DNA of 64,000 nucleotides from an uncultured delta proteobacterium (lineage in GTDB: Bacteria; Desulfobacterota; Desulfobacteria; Desulfobacterales; JAFDCJ01). Positions 20,631 to 32,716 of the stretch are shown piece after piece. Positions within the stretch are counted from its first letter, which is position 1; every line of letters begins with the position of its first letter. Position numbers and translations under genes: made by a program. The DNA lies in NCBI GenBank assembly GCA_963769935.1, contig CAVYNY010000016.1, forward strand, positions 288,001-352,000, in the 5' to 3' direction. The notes below the pieces were generated by a model. That model did not search any database, was not told the origin of the DNA, and saw nothing but the letters and a program-made list of their open reading frames with translations.

Positions 20631-22004
20631 TTATAAATTTTGCAGATAGCCGTGGATCGATAGGGCGGCCAATTTTCCGTCCTGGACGGCGCAAACGGTT
20701 AAATCCTCTCCGCCGGATACGCAATCGCCACCGGCCCAAACATTGTCCAGCGACGTCTGCCGGTTATCATTGACGGCTATTCGCCCGTTCTCAATGGTGA
20801 GGCGGCCCGCCGATTCTCCCAGCTGATCAACCGGCAAGGTTTGGCCGATGGCCTTAAAAATTACATCGGCTTGCAGTTGATAGGATTTTCCGGTTTTCGA
20901 GATGTTGCCGTCTCGATCCACCTCGGTAACATCAAATTCAATACCCGTCACTCGGCCGTCTTTGCTTAACACTCTTTTGGGGCCGGCGCAGTATCGCAGC
21001 TTAACGTCATTTATCTGGGCCCAGTGCTGTTCATATTCACTGGCCTTCATGTTGGCTTTGTCGCGTCGATAGGCGATGGTAACTTCGGACGCTCCCAGTT
21101 TTTTGGACTGAACCGCGACATCGATGGCGGTCATCCCCCCGCCGATAACCACGACTTTATCGCCCACCGGCAGTTGCGACATCCGCTTCGCCTGGCGCAG
21201 ATCGCGAATATAATTGACCGCGTCGAACACCCCATCGACCTCTTCGCCCGCAATTTTAAACTGGTTGACGCCGGGAAGTCCGATCGCAATAAAAACGGCG
21301 TCGAACTCAGCGCGCAATTGATCAAGCATGAAATCTACCCCTAACTGAACATTGGGTTTGATCTCGATCCCGCCGATATCGAGAAGATAATCGACCTCTT
21401 TTTGGGCAATTTCATTTAAAACTTTGTAAGCGGCGATGCCGTATTCATTCAGCCCGCCGGGCTTCTCATTTTTGTCAAAGACCGTCACGCTATGGCCAAA
21501 ACACGCCAACCGGTGCGCACAAGACAGCCCGGCCGGTCCGGCACCGATTACGGCGACCTTTTTATCAGTCGGCGTCTGGCGCTTGAATAAAGGCACCTTC
21601 TTTTCGATAACCCCATCCGTGGCATACCTCTGCAGCAAGCCGATGGCCACCGGTTTGCCTTCATGGGTATTCCGAACGCAGGCCGCTTCACACAACACTT
21701 CCGTCGGACAAACCCGGGCACACATCCCGCCCATAATGTTTTGTTCCAGAATCTTGCGCGCGGAACCCTTAATGCTCCCGGTTTGAACCCTTTTAATGAA
21801 TTCAGGGATATCGATGCCGGTTGGACAGGCGGTGGTGCAGGGTGCGTCGTAACAAAAATAACATCTACCCGCCTCAATGTACGCCTGTGAAGCGGTCAGC
21901 GGCGGGTGCATTTCAGTGAAATTGGCTTTAATCTGATCCTCCGACAATCTGCCAATAGAGCCGCCGGCAGAACTGTTTTTGGATGTGTCCCTGGAATTTG
22001 ACAT
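20631..22004 (-). CDS. preT: Dihydropyrimidine dehydrogenase subunit PreT (GltD-like)
   Basis: RCYFCYDAPC, CARVCP, IGAGPAG, IGGGMTAID; adjacent to preA. Confidence 0.92.
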   Translation of the reverse strand: MSNSRDTSKNSSAGGSIGRLSEDQIKANFTEMHPPLTASQAYIEAGRCYFCYDAPCTTACPTGIDIPEFIKRVQTGSIKGSARKILEQNIMGGMCARVCPTEVLCEAACVRNTHEGKPVAIGLLQRYATDGVIEKKVPLFKRQTPTDKKVAVIGAGPAGLSCAHRLACFGHSVTVFDKNEKPGGLNEYGIAAYKVLNEIAQKEVDYLLDIGGIEIKPNVQLGVDFMLDQLRAEFDAVFIAIGLPGVNQFKIAGEEVDGVFDAVNYIRDLRQAKRMSQLPVGDKVVVIGGGMTAIDVAVQSKKLGASEVTIAYRRDKANMKASEYEQHWAQINDVKLRYCAGPKRVLSKDGRVTGIEFDVTEVDRDGNISKTGKSYQLQADVIFKAIGQTLPVDQLGESAGRLTIENGRIAVNDNRQTSLDNVWAGGDCVSGGEDLTVCAVQDGKLAALSIHGYLQNL

Positions 22005-22150
22005 ATTCGTGCCCTCACCCTGATCCGGATCCTCCGGAGGCGGAGAATTAAAGATTGAAGATTGCAAATTGAGTAATGACTAATGCGCCTCTCAAACCAT
22101 GAACCAATCGGCCGCGGCGGATTAACCGGCAACTTTCAACCGGTCCCAAC

Positions 22151-23635
<1,485 letters not shown>

Positions 23636-24180
23636 CTAATTTTGTCGGGACCCAGCAGCAGGCTCGGGAAGAGGCGGGACTGAAATTTCGCCGCAGGTCA
23701 GGCAAACGGCCAGGCTGACCATGCTTTAAAATTTGTTATGAGAGATGGCAGCGTCGAACTTTTCCCGAGTCCACTGATACTGGCTGGAGCATTTACGAGG
23801 TGTGAGGATGATCCGGCAATGACCGCATCGCCATCCCGGGCGAAGGCCCATTCGATCATCTATCGTCTCATACCTGATTTGTATAGATTTAGACAGCAAT
23901 GCAAAAAGTCAATACAAGGTAATCATTGACAGGCAGAAATCTGCTCCCGGAAGATCTACTGGCCGGCAATCGTGGCCGCTCTCAATACCATAGTTGCCCT
24001 TCTATTACTATCTGCGACCGGCAAGCTGGATGCTGGATTTATCTAGTACTGCCGGTGCATTACTGAATATCCAGCATCGAGTATCGAGCATCCGGCATCG
24101 ACCACGTAAAAGCGGCGGTCTGGCGCCTGCCCCTGTTAAACAGTTCGGCAGACTTATGCGACATAAAGACTAAGTGGGGT

Positions 24181-24738
24181 TCAGTCCTTTTTGCCAATGC
24201 TGAACGCCCGCCCGACAATCTCACCCAGGCGACAATACTGCTGGCTGCCGGTGACGTAGACCAGCGGATTGATTTTGGCGGCATCCGGCTGTCCGTCGGT
24301 GAGGCAGTCGCTGCGAACATAGCACTCGGCAATCTCGCCCACGATCAGCCGGTGGCTCTTCAGATCCAGCACATGCAAGACCTTGCACTCCAGACTGACC
24401 GGGCATTCTCCAATCATCGGCGCGGTTTCCAATACGCCGTAATCCACCTGGAACATCCCGGATTTGTCTTGTTTATGGCCGGAATAGATGCCGCAGTAGT
24501 CCACCATCTTTGCCATGTCGGCCGAAGGCACGTTGATGGAAAACGTGCCGGTGGCCTGGATTCCTGCCAGCGTGAAGCGCATCGGGCGCAGCGCGACGGT
24601 CACAGCCGGCGGCGCCGAGGCTGCGATCCCGCACCAGGCTGCAGTCATGAAGTTCGCAGTTTCATTCACGCGTGCGCCGACCAGCACGGCCGGCATCGGA
24701 AAGAGCAGGGTCTGAGGCCCCAGTTTGGTTTTTTCCAT
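24181..24738 (-). CDS. Flavin reductase-like family protein
   Basis: FPMPAVLVG, NFMTAAW, FSINVP, ECPVSLEC, HRLIVGEI. Confidence 0.9.
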   Translation of the reverse strand: MEKTKLGPQTLLFPMPAVLVGARVNETANFMTAAWCGIAASAPPAVTVALRPMRFTLAGIQATGTFSINVPSADMAKMVDYCGIYSGHKQDKSGMFQVDYGVLETAPMIGECPVSLECKVLHVLDLKSHRLIVGEIAECYVRSDCLTDGQPDAAKINPLVYVTGSQQYCRLGEIVGRAFSIGKKD

Positions 24739-24856
24739 GATTCACCTCCCGGAAAATATTGTCGGGTTTCATAAAAAGACAGCAGCTTCGATGATGTCCC
24801 GCCCCCCTGTTCCCCGGCCTGCGCCAAAAGAAGCATGGTCAAGCCGCCGGCCGATC

Positions 24857-25225
24857 CTACTTCTTAAAAAAAAGATACATGGCCAGTCCCACCAGAACCA
24901 GTGCAAAAATTCTTTTGAAGCTGGCGGTCGATACATGCTCGACGAGTCGGGCGCCGATCTGAGCCCCGACAACGCCCCCAATGCCCAGCAGCAGCCCGGC
25001 GCGATAATCCACATTGGCCAACTTGTTGTGGGCGATCAGCGCTGAAATCGAAAGCACCAGGATGGCCAGGAACGACGTTCCAACTGCTTTGTGGGCTGCG
25101 TAACCCATCATCAGCAGGAGCGGAACCATCAGGAAGCCGCCCCCCAAACCGGTAAACGCAGCACCCACGCCCACGAGAACTCCCAGCCCGATCATCACGA
25201 ACAGATTGGTTGATAAATTTACCAT
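24857..25225 (-). CDS. Short TauE/SafE-family (sulfite exporter-like) membrane protein
   Basis: GLGGGFLMVP, AVGTS, GAQIGA; about half the usual length. Confidence 0.8.
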   Translation of the reverse strand: MVNLSTNLFVMIGLGVLVGVGAAFTGLGGGFLMVPLLLMMGYAAHKAVGTSFLAILVLSISALIAHNKLANVDYRAGLLLGIGGVVGAQIGARLVEHVSTASFKRIFALVLVGLAMYLFFKK

Positions 25226-25385
25226 TTGTCACCCTCTCCGCTAAGGGCTCAAGACTGAGCAACCATACCCGGCGTCATGAAGCATTCGGGTAGCGGCCTT
25301 TGAATTAGGAAAGCGCATTTATGTCGTGCAGCTATGGCAGATAGTCAAACAGGTGTCAATAAATGCAAGCATCTAATATGGACCA

Positions 25386-26756
25386 CTACGGTTTGATGTT
25401 CTGGTTCAGATGGAACACATTTTCGGGATCGTACTGCTTTTTGATCTGCACCAGGCGAGCATAGTTGGCGCCGTAAGCCGCCGCCACCCGGTTGCTTTCG
25501 TCTTCCGTCATGAAGTTCACGTAGGCACCGCCGGACGCATACGGTGCACAGGCTTTGAAAAACGCGCGGGCCCAGGCAATACCTCTCTCATCCTCCGCCG
25601 CCTCGTTCCATCGCCCGTGCACATTGAGAACGAACTTGGCGTCCCGGCCGGCATATGCCATAGCATCTGCCGGAACGCGGTTGGCGGCGCCGGCAATGAG
25701 TCCGGTGAAGATCTCGCACTGCGGCGTGGGCGGCTTGCCCGCGAACTGGATCATCGCGTTCAGAGCGCCGTCACTGAGGTCTGTTAAATTATGGGATTTC
25801 CAGTAGTTCCTCGCGCCGGGCGTAAGGAGCGGATCAAAAGCCTTCTGCCATTCCGTGTATGGCATAGCACCGATGTGTTCGCCATGGGCATCGCCGAAAC
25901 GGCGCAAAGGCGCGATCAGTTTTTGGCCTCGGGCAACTTCCCCGGCGTAGAAGACGGCCAGCAAAACCACTTCCCGGCCATGCACGTCTGCGGGAAGAAA
26001 CGGCAGCGGCGGCGCTTGGCGCAACACGACCCACACGCTAAGCTCTTCAGGTGCGGATTCTACAAATTCGCGATACCGTGTCAGCACCGGCTTTGCCTGC
26101 TCGAACGGAAAAACAAGCAGACCGGCCAAGATTTGAGGGCCGACCGGATGAAGTTTGAACTCGTACTTGGTGACGACCCCGAAGTTGCCGCCGCCGCCTC
26201 GGATCGCCCAGAACATGTCGGCATTCTCGTTATCGCTGGCCCTTATATTCTTGCCGTCCGCAGTGACCACGTCTGCTGAGACGAGGTTGTCAATGGTCAG
26301 GCCGTACTTACGTGTCAACCAGCCGAATCCGCCGCCCAGCGTGAGGCCTGAAATGCCCGTCGTTGAATTGATCCCCACCGGCGTGGCCAGCCCATGTTTC
26401 TGTGTCGCCTCGTCAAAATCAGCCAATGTAGCCCCGGGTTCCACATATGCGCGCCCCTTCGCGGCATCAACCCTGACGTTTCTCATGGTTGAAAAATCGA
26501 TCATCAGGCCGCCTTCCCACACGGCGTTGCCGGCGATGTTATGCCCTGCGCCGCGGATGGATATCTCGTACCCTTTCCGGCGTGCAAACGCGATGGCATG
26601 CGAGACATCAGCGGCCTCCGCGCATTGCACAACAACCGCCGGCCGACGATTTATCATCGCGTTCCAGATTTTGCGAACCTCGTCATAGTCCGGATCACCC
26701 GGTAAAACTATCCGGCCTTTCACTTTGCTCTTAAGCTCTGTGGTTATATTTGTCAT
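25386..26756 (-). CDS. FAD-binding oxidoreductase (BBE-like)
   Basis: IRGAGHN, TGISGLTLGGG, RGGGGNFGVVT, YVNF..KKQYDPENVF. Confidence 0.92.
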   Translation of the reverse strand: MTNITTELKSKVKGRIVLPGDPDYDEVRKIWNAMINRRPAVVVQCAEAADVSHAIAFARRKGYEISIRGAGHNIAGNAVWEGGLMIDFSTMRNVRVDAAKGRAYVEPGATLADFDEATQKHGLATPVGINSTTGISGLTLGGGFGWLTRKYGLTIDNLVSADVVTADGKNIRASDNENADMFWAIRGGGGNFGVVTKYEFKLHPVGPQILAGLLVFPFEQAKPVLTRYREFVESAPEELSVWVVLRQAPPLPFLPADVHGREVVLLAVFYAGEVARGQKLIAPLRRFGDAHGEHIGAMPYTEWQKAFDPLLTPGARNYWKSHNLTDLSDGALNAMIQFAGKPPTPQCEIFTGLIAGAANRVPADAMAYAGRDAKFVLNVHGRWNEAAEDERGIAWARAFFKACAPYASGGAYVNFMTEDESNRVAAAYGANYARLVQIKKQYDPENVFHLNQNIKP

Positions 26757-26853
26757 GGTATTATCCCTGGATTTAAAATGTTTAGTAAACCTTATCGTTG
26801 ATTTATTTAATTCCACCTATCTTAAATCCCTTAATTGAGCCAAGGCTGCCGGC

Positions 26854-27073
26854 GCACAATGCCGCACTTAGGGTTCACGAAAAAATTAATTCACAGTTTT
26901 AGTTGTTGCGGCGCTCTTGCGGCAAGGCGCGAAAACGCAGGAATATCTGGATATTCCGAGCTTTCGCAACGCAGCCGCAAGAGATGCATCGGCGTATAAA
27001 ATGTGAAGTTATTTTTGAGTGAGCCCTTAAGCGGACGCGGCTTTTCGCACTCCGCTGAAGGAGCATGTTCGGA
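26854..27073 (-). other. attC-like site interrupted by a MITE
   Basis: Empty site GCACAATGCCGCACTTAAGCGGA..TCCGCTGAAGGAGCATGTTCGGA folds as an attC-type hairpin directly after the hemerythrin stop. Confidence 0.6.
26871..27026. mobile_element. MITE copy 1 (156 bp)
   Basis: Terminal IRs GGGTTCACGAAAAAATTAATTCACA / TGTGAAGTTATTTTTGAGTGAGCCC, TTA on both flanks, three copies in the window. Confidence 0.85.
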
Positions 27074-27075
27074 AC

Positions 27076-27615
27076 TCATGGTCGTCTTTCAAATTTTTCG
27101 ACCACCGCTTTGTATTTTTCGTGAATCATCTTCTGATCAAACTCCATAAACTCCGCCAGCATGGCCTGGTCTTCTTCGTCAGTGAAGTAAGCTCTGGATG
27201 ACGGGAAGAATACCTTGTCTTCTTTCTCGATATGCTTGGGATAGAATTCGATAAGGGTTTGAAGTTTTTGGGCAAGGTCGGCCAAGGCCGTCTCATCGCC
27301 ATTGCGGTAGCGCGTGTTGGATTCAACAATTGCTTTGGTTGCCCGGCGGCCAAACACATGTTCCTCGATCAGCTCCTTCATGACGCGCCGATCCTCGTCG
27401 GACATCGATTTCTTCTGCAATTCTCGAAATAGAATATCCTCCTCCTTCCCATGATGTGTCCGATCAGCGTACACGCGGATGAAATCAACCGCTATATCCA
27501 CGAATACAGGATCCACCTTGTGCTTTGATTCGATTTTCGATACGACATCTTTGATGACTGAGAGCATGCGTTCTATCAAACGATGCTCTATCATCAGTGG
27601 GGCACGTGCCTGCAT
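27076..27615 (-). CDS. Hemerythrin (HHE) domain protein
   Basis: EHRLI, HHGKEEDILF, EEH, HIEKEDKVFF. Confidence 0.9.
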   Translation of the reverse strand: MQARAPLMIEHRLIERMLSVIKDVVSKIESKHKVDPVFVDIAVDFIRVYADRTHHGKEEDILFRELQKKSMSDEDRRVMKELIEEHVFGRRATKAIVESNTRYRNGDETALADLAQKLQTLIEFYPKHIEKEDKVFFPSSRAYFTDEEDQAMLAEFMEFDQKMIHEKYKAVVEKFERRP

Positions 27616-27642
27616 GTCTGTTTCCTCCTTTCTTAAATTACC

Positions 27643-27705
27643 ATTTAACCCACCGGCGCCGGACAGCTCAGCTGATAGGCGTCCGATTGCGGTGTTTGGC
27701 TATAC
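27643..27705 (-). other. Degenerate attC-like site upstream of the hemerythrin gene
   Basis: CACCG..CGGAC / GTCCG..CGGTG stem; minus-strand end GTTAAAT just before the RBS and ATG. Confidence 0.45.
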
Positions 27706-27914
27706 CGTAAACCCTATGGTTGCAAAAATAGTCTGCCAAGGTTCGCAGCAGTGCATAGGTATGTGGGCCTGATTTAAAATAAGGATGTTGATGCTGAACA
27801 CAAGCAAAATTAAATGCCGCCATTATACCGTAGAAGGGTGGCAATTGCCCACCGATAGAGGGCATAACTCGGTAATTTTTGGTGGGCAATCCCGACGTCC
27901 CCGAGTTTCCTTGT

Positions 27915-28757
27915 TCAGACCATGGCCGTGCACAGGTGGGTCTTCCGTGGCAGCGGGAGATCATTTCTGCCGTAATAGTACCTTGACGCTGCCTGCGCTG
28001 GACGAAGAAACGAGATTCGGTTAAAACCACACTCTTTCAAAACCAGTTGAATCCCGTCCATGTCGAAATACGAAAGCCACGGCTCGCCTAAAGCGGCCGC
28101 CCTGTCTGCGGATGATCTTTCTCCAGGTCGAGCGAACGTAGATTCTTTTGAGGCAAACGTAAAGACGAGTCTGCTTCCCCGAGGCAGCCGGGCGACACTT
28201 TGGAAGACCCCGCGCACAGTGTCGGGTTGAAGGTATGCCAGGACACCCAGACACGCCATGAAGGTCGGAAGCTTCAAACTGATCGTCGTTCTTGCCAAAA
28301 CTTCCGACAGATTTTCATTTTCCAGGTCAAGGGGCTGAAATTCTACATCGTCCGGAAATTGAATATTCATCTGCTTGAAATGTTCAATCTTGGCAGCCTG
28401 GGTCGCCGGATGATCCATCTCAACAATCCTGAGGTTCCGCGCCCAGCTGGGTTGCCGACAGGCAAAGGTGTCATATCCCGCTCCCAGGTTAACGAATTGG
28501 CGGATTCCGTCTTCGACCGCCAACGATAGTTGGTCCTCAGCATACCTGCTTCTCAAAACAACGTGTGATCGACGTGTTTTCGCCGCCAACGCTCTATGGA
28601 CATCCGGATTCTCACGGATCTTTCGAAGCACGTCATCGCGAAGCAGTGATGGCGAAACAGGATCGTCAAGAATGGGTGGCAATTCATCCAGCAGTTGATG
28701 CACGGTGCGTATTACCGATACGCTTAACGCAGTATTGCTTGGTCGGTCATCCCTCAT
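27915..28757 (-). CDS. Class I SAM-dependent methyltransferase (LCM/Ppm1-like)
   Basis: RSRYAED, QFVNLGAGYDT, EMDHPATQ, GEPW. Confidence 0.88.
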   Translation of the reverse strand: MRDDRPSNTALSVSVIRTVHQLLDELPPILDDPVSPSLLRDDVLRKIRENPDVHRALAAKTRRSHVVLRSRYAEDQLSLAVEDGIRQFVNLGAGYDTFACRQPSWARNLRIVEMDHPATQAAKIEHFKQMNIQFPDDVEFQPLDLENENLSEVLARTTISLKLPTFMACLGVLAYLQPDTVRGVFQSVARLPRGSRLVFTFASKESTFARPGERSSADRAAALGEPWLSYFDMDGIQLVLKECGFNRISFLRPAQAASRYYYGRNDLPLPRKTHLCTAMV

Positions 28758-29182
28758 AGGCTGTTAGCAAAGAGAAAAATAACTTTGGATGTTATTGACC
28801 GGTGTTCGTCTCGGTGACGATATCACCCGAGCGTTCTTCGAAATTAACGCGGTTCAGATCATCTGAGAATATCCGCCGGCGCTCGATTCCGTGAACCATA
28901 ATATGATGCGAAGCCCCAATTGAATCGATGCGAGCTTTGCGTGGCATGCTGCCCTTATATCAAACGACGTCCGGTTATAAAAGTTATAATTTTGCGGCTT
29001 CCATACACCCCTAATGAGGTTAACTTGAGTCCTGTATCCCTTACACGGAAGCCCCTCGTGCCATTCCGGCGAAAGTCGGAATTCAGTCTTTTCAAGCTCT
29101 CCCGGCCGCCTGATTTATTCGACTGACGATACTGAGAATAAAAAAGCAGGGTATGTGATTTTCCCGATCCCTCAGGTTTTGA

Positions 29183-29289
29183 TGAGAATATTGTCATGAC
29201 AATATTCTCAATCTCCTATCCATCCGAAATGACAGTATTTTTATACTTTTTTTGGAATTCCTGAAGCATTTCGTCTCACAATATTATCA
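29183..29289. promoter_or_regulatory. Candidate enhancer sites: perfect 28-bp palindrome plus related half-sites
   Basis: TGAGAATATTGTCA-TGACAATATTCTCA (29183-29210), TGACAGTATTTTTA (29230), TCACAATATTATCA (29276). Confidence 0.6.
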
Positions 29290-29390
29290 GCTCCTTTTTT
29301 AAAAATCATGTTCCAAGATTTGAACCTGAATGTATGTAAGTAACCGTTATAACATCAATTAGGGTTTCCTCTCATTCAATTATTATTACT

Positions 29391-29406
29391 TGGCATGGTA
29401 TGTGCT
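29391..29406 (+). promoter_or_regulatory. Sigma54-type promoter upstream of the cheW remnant and MCP
   Basis: TGGCATGGTATGTGCT has GG/GC at -24/-12 spacing. Confidence 0.65.
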
Positions 29407-29442
29407 TTATACGTTCCGGTTAATTTGCCAAAGGAAAAAAAC

Positions 29443-29610
29443 ACGGATATCAAAGCCGAAGATATCGAAAATACCCCCACCTTCGGCACTAAATTGAACA
29501 CGGATTACATCCTGGGAATGGCCAAGATGGGAGGCGGCGTCAAAATCCTGCTGGATACTGACAAGGTACTCAACAGTGAAGAGCTGACCCTTCTGAAAGA
29601 AGCGGCCTGA
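29443..29610 (+). pseudogene. cheW: CheW C-terminal fragment
   Basis: DIENTPTFGTKLNTDYILGMAK..VKILLDTDKVL; N-terminal two-thirds missing. Confidence 0.8.
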
Positions 29611-29645
29611 TAAATTTAAAATTTAAATTCAAGGAGGCATTACTC

Positions 29646-31241
29646 ATGCTAAAAAATCTTAAACTCAGTACAAAACTTTGGAGCTTGACCGGTTTGTTGC
29701 TGGTGGCGGTGGCGCTGGTCGCGTTAAATTCGGTTTGGTCGATCAATGGTATCCTCTCAGACAACCATAAATACGTCGAGGCTGCCGATTACGATAATTT
29801 TATGGTTCAAAAAGAAGTCGATCATTTAAAATGGATCAACAGGGTCAAGGATCTTTTTGTCGAAAAGCTGGATCACACCGACGTTCAACTGGATTATACC
29901 CAATGCGGTCTTGGAAAATTTTTATACGGTGAACAGGGCAAAGCGCTTGCTGCAAGTGATCCGGCCCTCGCAGGCCTGCTGGAAGCGATAAAACAGGCGC
30001 ATATACACCTGCATGAATCTGCAGGCCTGATAAACAGCACGGTCAAAGAAAAGGGCCACGAAGCAGCATTTTTAATTTTTAAACAAAATACGGTTCCGGC
30101 CCTGGAAGAAACTCAGAGCAAAATGAAGGCCTTAGGCGATAAATTAAAAGAGATCAAAGAAACCTCCAAAGATGAAATGGTTGCGACGGGATCAACCTCC
30201 CGGTGGTCGGCAATTTTGGCCACCGTAATTGCAGTTATTTTAGGCGCCCTTCTAAGTTTTTTGGTCATTCGGTCCATAACCAAACCCATCAACCGCGTCA
30301 TCGAAGGCTTGAATGAGGGTGCCGAGCAGGTGGCCTCGGCATCGGGTCAGGTATCCTCGGCCAGCCAGTCGTTGGCCGAGGGCTCATCGGAACAGGCGGC
30401 CTCCATTGAGGAAACCTCTTCTTCTTTGGAGGAGATGTCGTCGATGACCAAACAAAATGCCGGCAATGCCGGACAGGCCGATAATCTGATGAAAGAAGCC
30501 AATCAGGTGGTAGGTAAGGCCAACCAGTCCATGACGGATCTGACCGGTTCGATGCAGGAGATTTCCAAGGCCAGCGAGGAGACCTCCAAAATTATCAAGA
30601 CCATCGATGAAATCGCCTTTCAGACCAATCTGCTGGCCTTAAATGCGGCGGTGGAAGCCGCCCGGGCCGGGGAAGCCGGCGCCGGTTTTGCGGTGGTGGC
30701 CGACGAGGTCAGAAATTTAGCTATGCGGGCGGCCGAGGCTGCCAAAAATACGGCTGCGCTGATTGAAGGCACGGTGAAAAAAGTCAATGACGGCTCCGAG
30801 CTGGTCTCTCGCACCAATGAGGCTTTCAGTCAGGTGGCCGAGAGCGCCGCCAAGGTGGGTGAGCTGGTGGCTGAAATTGCAGCAGCCTCCAGAGAGCAGG
30901 CACAGGGCATCGAGCAGGTCAACACGGCGGTTTCTGAAATGGACAAGGTCACTCAACAAAATGCCGCCAACGCCGAAGAATCGGCCTCCGCTTCGGAAGA
31001 GATGAGCGCCCAGGCCGAGGAGATGAAGGCGATCGTTGAAGATCTGGCGGCTTTGGTGGGCGGCAGCGCAAACGGCGCAAGACGCGGCCCCTCGCAGGCA
31101 GTAAGATCTTCCCAGGCCGGATTCCATTCGGGGTTGGTGTCGCCGCGAAAAAAGATCAAAAAATTGCCGGTTCATCAAGCCAATGAAGGATCGCCTGAGC
31201 AGATTATCCCGCTGGATGATGATTCTTTCAAGGATTTTTAG
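29646..31241 (+). CDS. Methyl-accepting chemotaxis protein with CZB-like sensor between two TM helices
   Basis: [52 protein letters not shown]. Confidence 0.95.
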   Translation: MLKNLKLSTKLWSLTGLLLVAVALVALNSVWSINGILSDNHKYVEAADYDNFMVQKEVDHLKWINRVKDLFVEKLDHTDVQLDYTQCGLGKFLYGEQGKALAASDPALAGLLEAIKQAHIHLHESAGLINSTVKEKGHEAAFLIFKQNTVPALEETQSKMKALGDKLKEIKETSKDEMVATGSTSRWSAILATVIAVILGALLSFLVIRSITKPINRVIEGLNEGAEQVASASGQVSSASQSLAEGSSEQAASIEETSSSLEEMSSMTKQNAGNAGQADNLMKEANQVVGKANQSMTDLTGSMQEISKASEETSKIIKTIDEIAFQTNLLALNAAVEAARAGEAGAGFAVVADEVRNLAMRAAEAAKNTAALIEGTVKKVNDGSELVSRTNEAFSQVAESAAKVGELVAEIAAASREQAQGIEQVNTAVSEMDKVTQQNAANAEESASASEEMSAQAEEMKAIVEDLAALVGGSANGARRGPSQAVRSSQAGFHSGLVSPRKKIKKLPVHQANEGSPEQIIPLDDDSFKDF

Positions 31242-31264
31242 GCCGTTTTAGAGCAATGCACATA

Positions 31265-31290
31265 GGGGCAGGACCCCCCTGCCCCTTAAA
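31265..31290 (+). terminator. GC-rich hairpin after the MCP, possible terminator
   Basis: GGGGCAGG-ACCC-CCTGCCCC followed by only a short T tail. Confidence 0.45.
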
Positions 31291-31400
31291 CGTTCGTGAA
31301 TCTTAAGCCGATAGCTGAGGAAAATAGCATGCATGAGATCAACATGCCGGATATTATCAGGCCGGTTACGGATGGAATCGGGATGCTGGAAAAATTAAAG

Positions 31401-31630
31401 GGCGAACACTCAACTTGGGGTTCGCGAAAAAAATAATTCACAGTTTGGCGTTGAGGCGTCCGGCCTGCAAGGCGCGAAAACGCAGGAATATCTGGATATT
31501 CCGAGCTTTCGCAACGCAGCCGGTCGGGATGCATCGGCGTATAAAATGTGAAGTTATTTTTGAGTGAGCCCTTAACCGACACAAATGGAGCGCAGCGAAA
31601 TTTGCCTCCCTATTAAAGCCGTTGTTGTTT
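31401..31630 (-). other. Degenerate attC-like site interrupted by a MITE
   Basis: Empty site GGCGAACACTCAACTTAACCGACACAAATGGAGCGCAGCGAAATTTG..TTAAAGCCGTTGTTG, directly after the tsaA stop. Confidence 0.5.
31418..31571. mobile_element. MITE copy 2 (154 bp)
   Basis: Same termini and core as copy 1; flanks TTG/TTA. Confidence 0.85.
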
Positions 31631-31632
31631 TT

Positions 31633-32127
31633 CTATTTCTTAAAATCTCTCAAACCTCGCACCGCGGCCGCATCATCTGAAACAGCGTCCTGCCACCCGG
31701 ATTCAGCAGCTGCTCGCGAGTCAAATCTTTGTATGTAGGGCTTAATGTCAAGCAAGGGCGTACCATCCAGTATATCAATTTCACTGACATAAAGGATGTT
31801 ATCTTCAACCCTCAGCAACCGCACAAGGCTCATACCCAATTTATTGGGGCGATGTGGAGCGCGAGTAGCAAAAATTCCACGCTCTTCCTCTGAAAGAAAA
31901 GGCTTGACACGCAGACAGGTCTTCCGTGATTGATTGAAATAGTAAAATAAGTAAATATGAGAGAATCCTTGTAAGTCTTTCAAACCGTCCATATACTGAG
32001 TATTCAATATAACTGTACCCTCGATGCCCTCGCAAAAAACCGGTTGGATCGGAATCTTTGATAATTCTTTATGTGGGGAATGGATAAGCCCTATCGGCCG
32101 GAAATCAAATTTTTCATCATTCATCAT
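31633..32127 (-). CDS. tsaA: TsaA/TrmO-family tRNA methyltransferase-like protein
   Basis: RPIGLIHSP, GFSHI, GIFATRAPHRPNKLGMS, DILDGTPLLDIKPY. Confidence 0.9.
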   Translation of the reverse strand: MMNDEKFDFRPIGLIHSPHKELSKIPIQPVFCEGIEGTVILNTQYMDGLKDLQGFSHIYLFYYFNQSRKTCLRVKPFLSEEERGIFATRAPHRPNKLGMSLVRLLRVEDNILYVSEIDILDGTPLLDIKPYIQRFDSRAAAESGWQDAVSDDAAAVRGLRDFKK

Positions 32128-32419
32128 AATATCCTTGCGTCTCTTGCTTCCACCAAAAATATACGCTTCGGCGCGTGGCTCGAAGAGGGGATCTCCCAAG
32201 ACAATAAAATGATAACCTTTGTGCCTGTGAATTTCAAGAGGCCTTTAAAACAATATTTTCAGTAATCAAACAGGTTAATTGGAGTTGACCTTGCAAGCGC
32301 CGGTAGTATAATGTCTATATATTCTCTAAAACCAGGGTGTTGAAAATTTTCGAAGGATTCAGGTCCGTTGGGAAATTGAAGTGCCTTCAGCAGTAGCATA
32401 CCTGGAAACATCTCTTGCG

Positions 32420-32500
32420 TCCTGCTTGACGCATCTCCAATTTCTGCACCGGAAGAGGATCTGCCTGCGCAACACCAATGTGATCGAGCGGCTTAATGAA
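32420..32500 (+). mobile_element. IS256-family transposase remnant
   Basis: LRNTNVIERLNE resembles the IS256 C-terminal RTTNxIERLNxE motif; short and isolated. Confidence 0.5.
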
Positions 32501-32594
32501 GCTCCCTGCAGCAAGCTGTGGGGTATCAAAGCGGAATTGCGCCGAAGTTCACCTTGCCCTTCATCCCTACAGTCCCGCTGAAAGCGGGATAGGG
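32497..32594. repeat. REP-like hairpins
   Basis: ccctgcagc-aa-gctgtgggg and cccta..tcccgct-gaa-agcggga-taggg. Confidence 0.5.
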
Positions 32595-32716
32595 TATTCG
32601 GGCGAAGGCGAATAAAGAATTCAAACATCGAACCCAAAGGGGTATGTTTGTAAACCGATAACGCGGGACTTGGATGCAATGGTGATGGAAAGTTTGCCTC
32701 AAGGAGATCGACCTGC

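Noticed and set aside
23640..23880. Riboswitch upstream of hydA
   Set aside because: Only an inverted repeat is seen; no recognisable aptamer consensus
27862..27920. attC after the methyltransferase stop
   Set aside because: TGAAC..ACTCGG/CCGAGTTATGC pairs, but the spacer before GTT is missing; too weak to call
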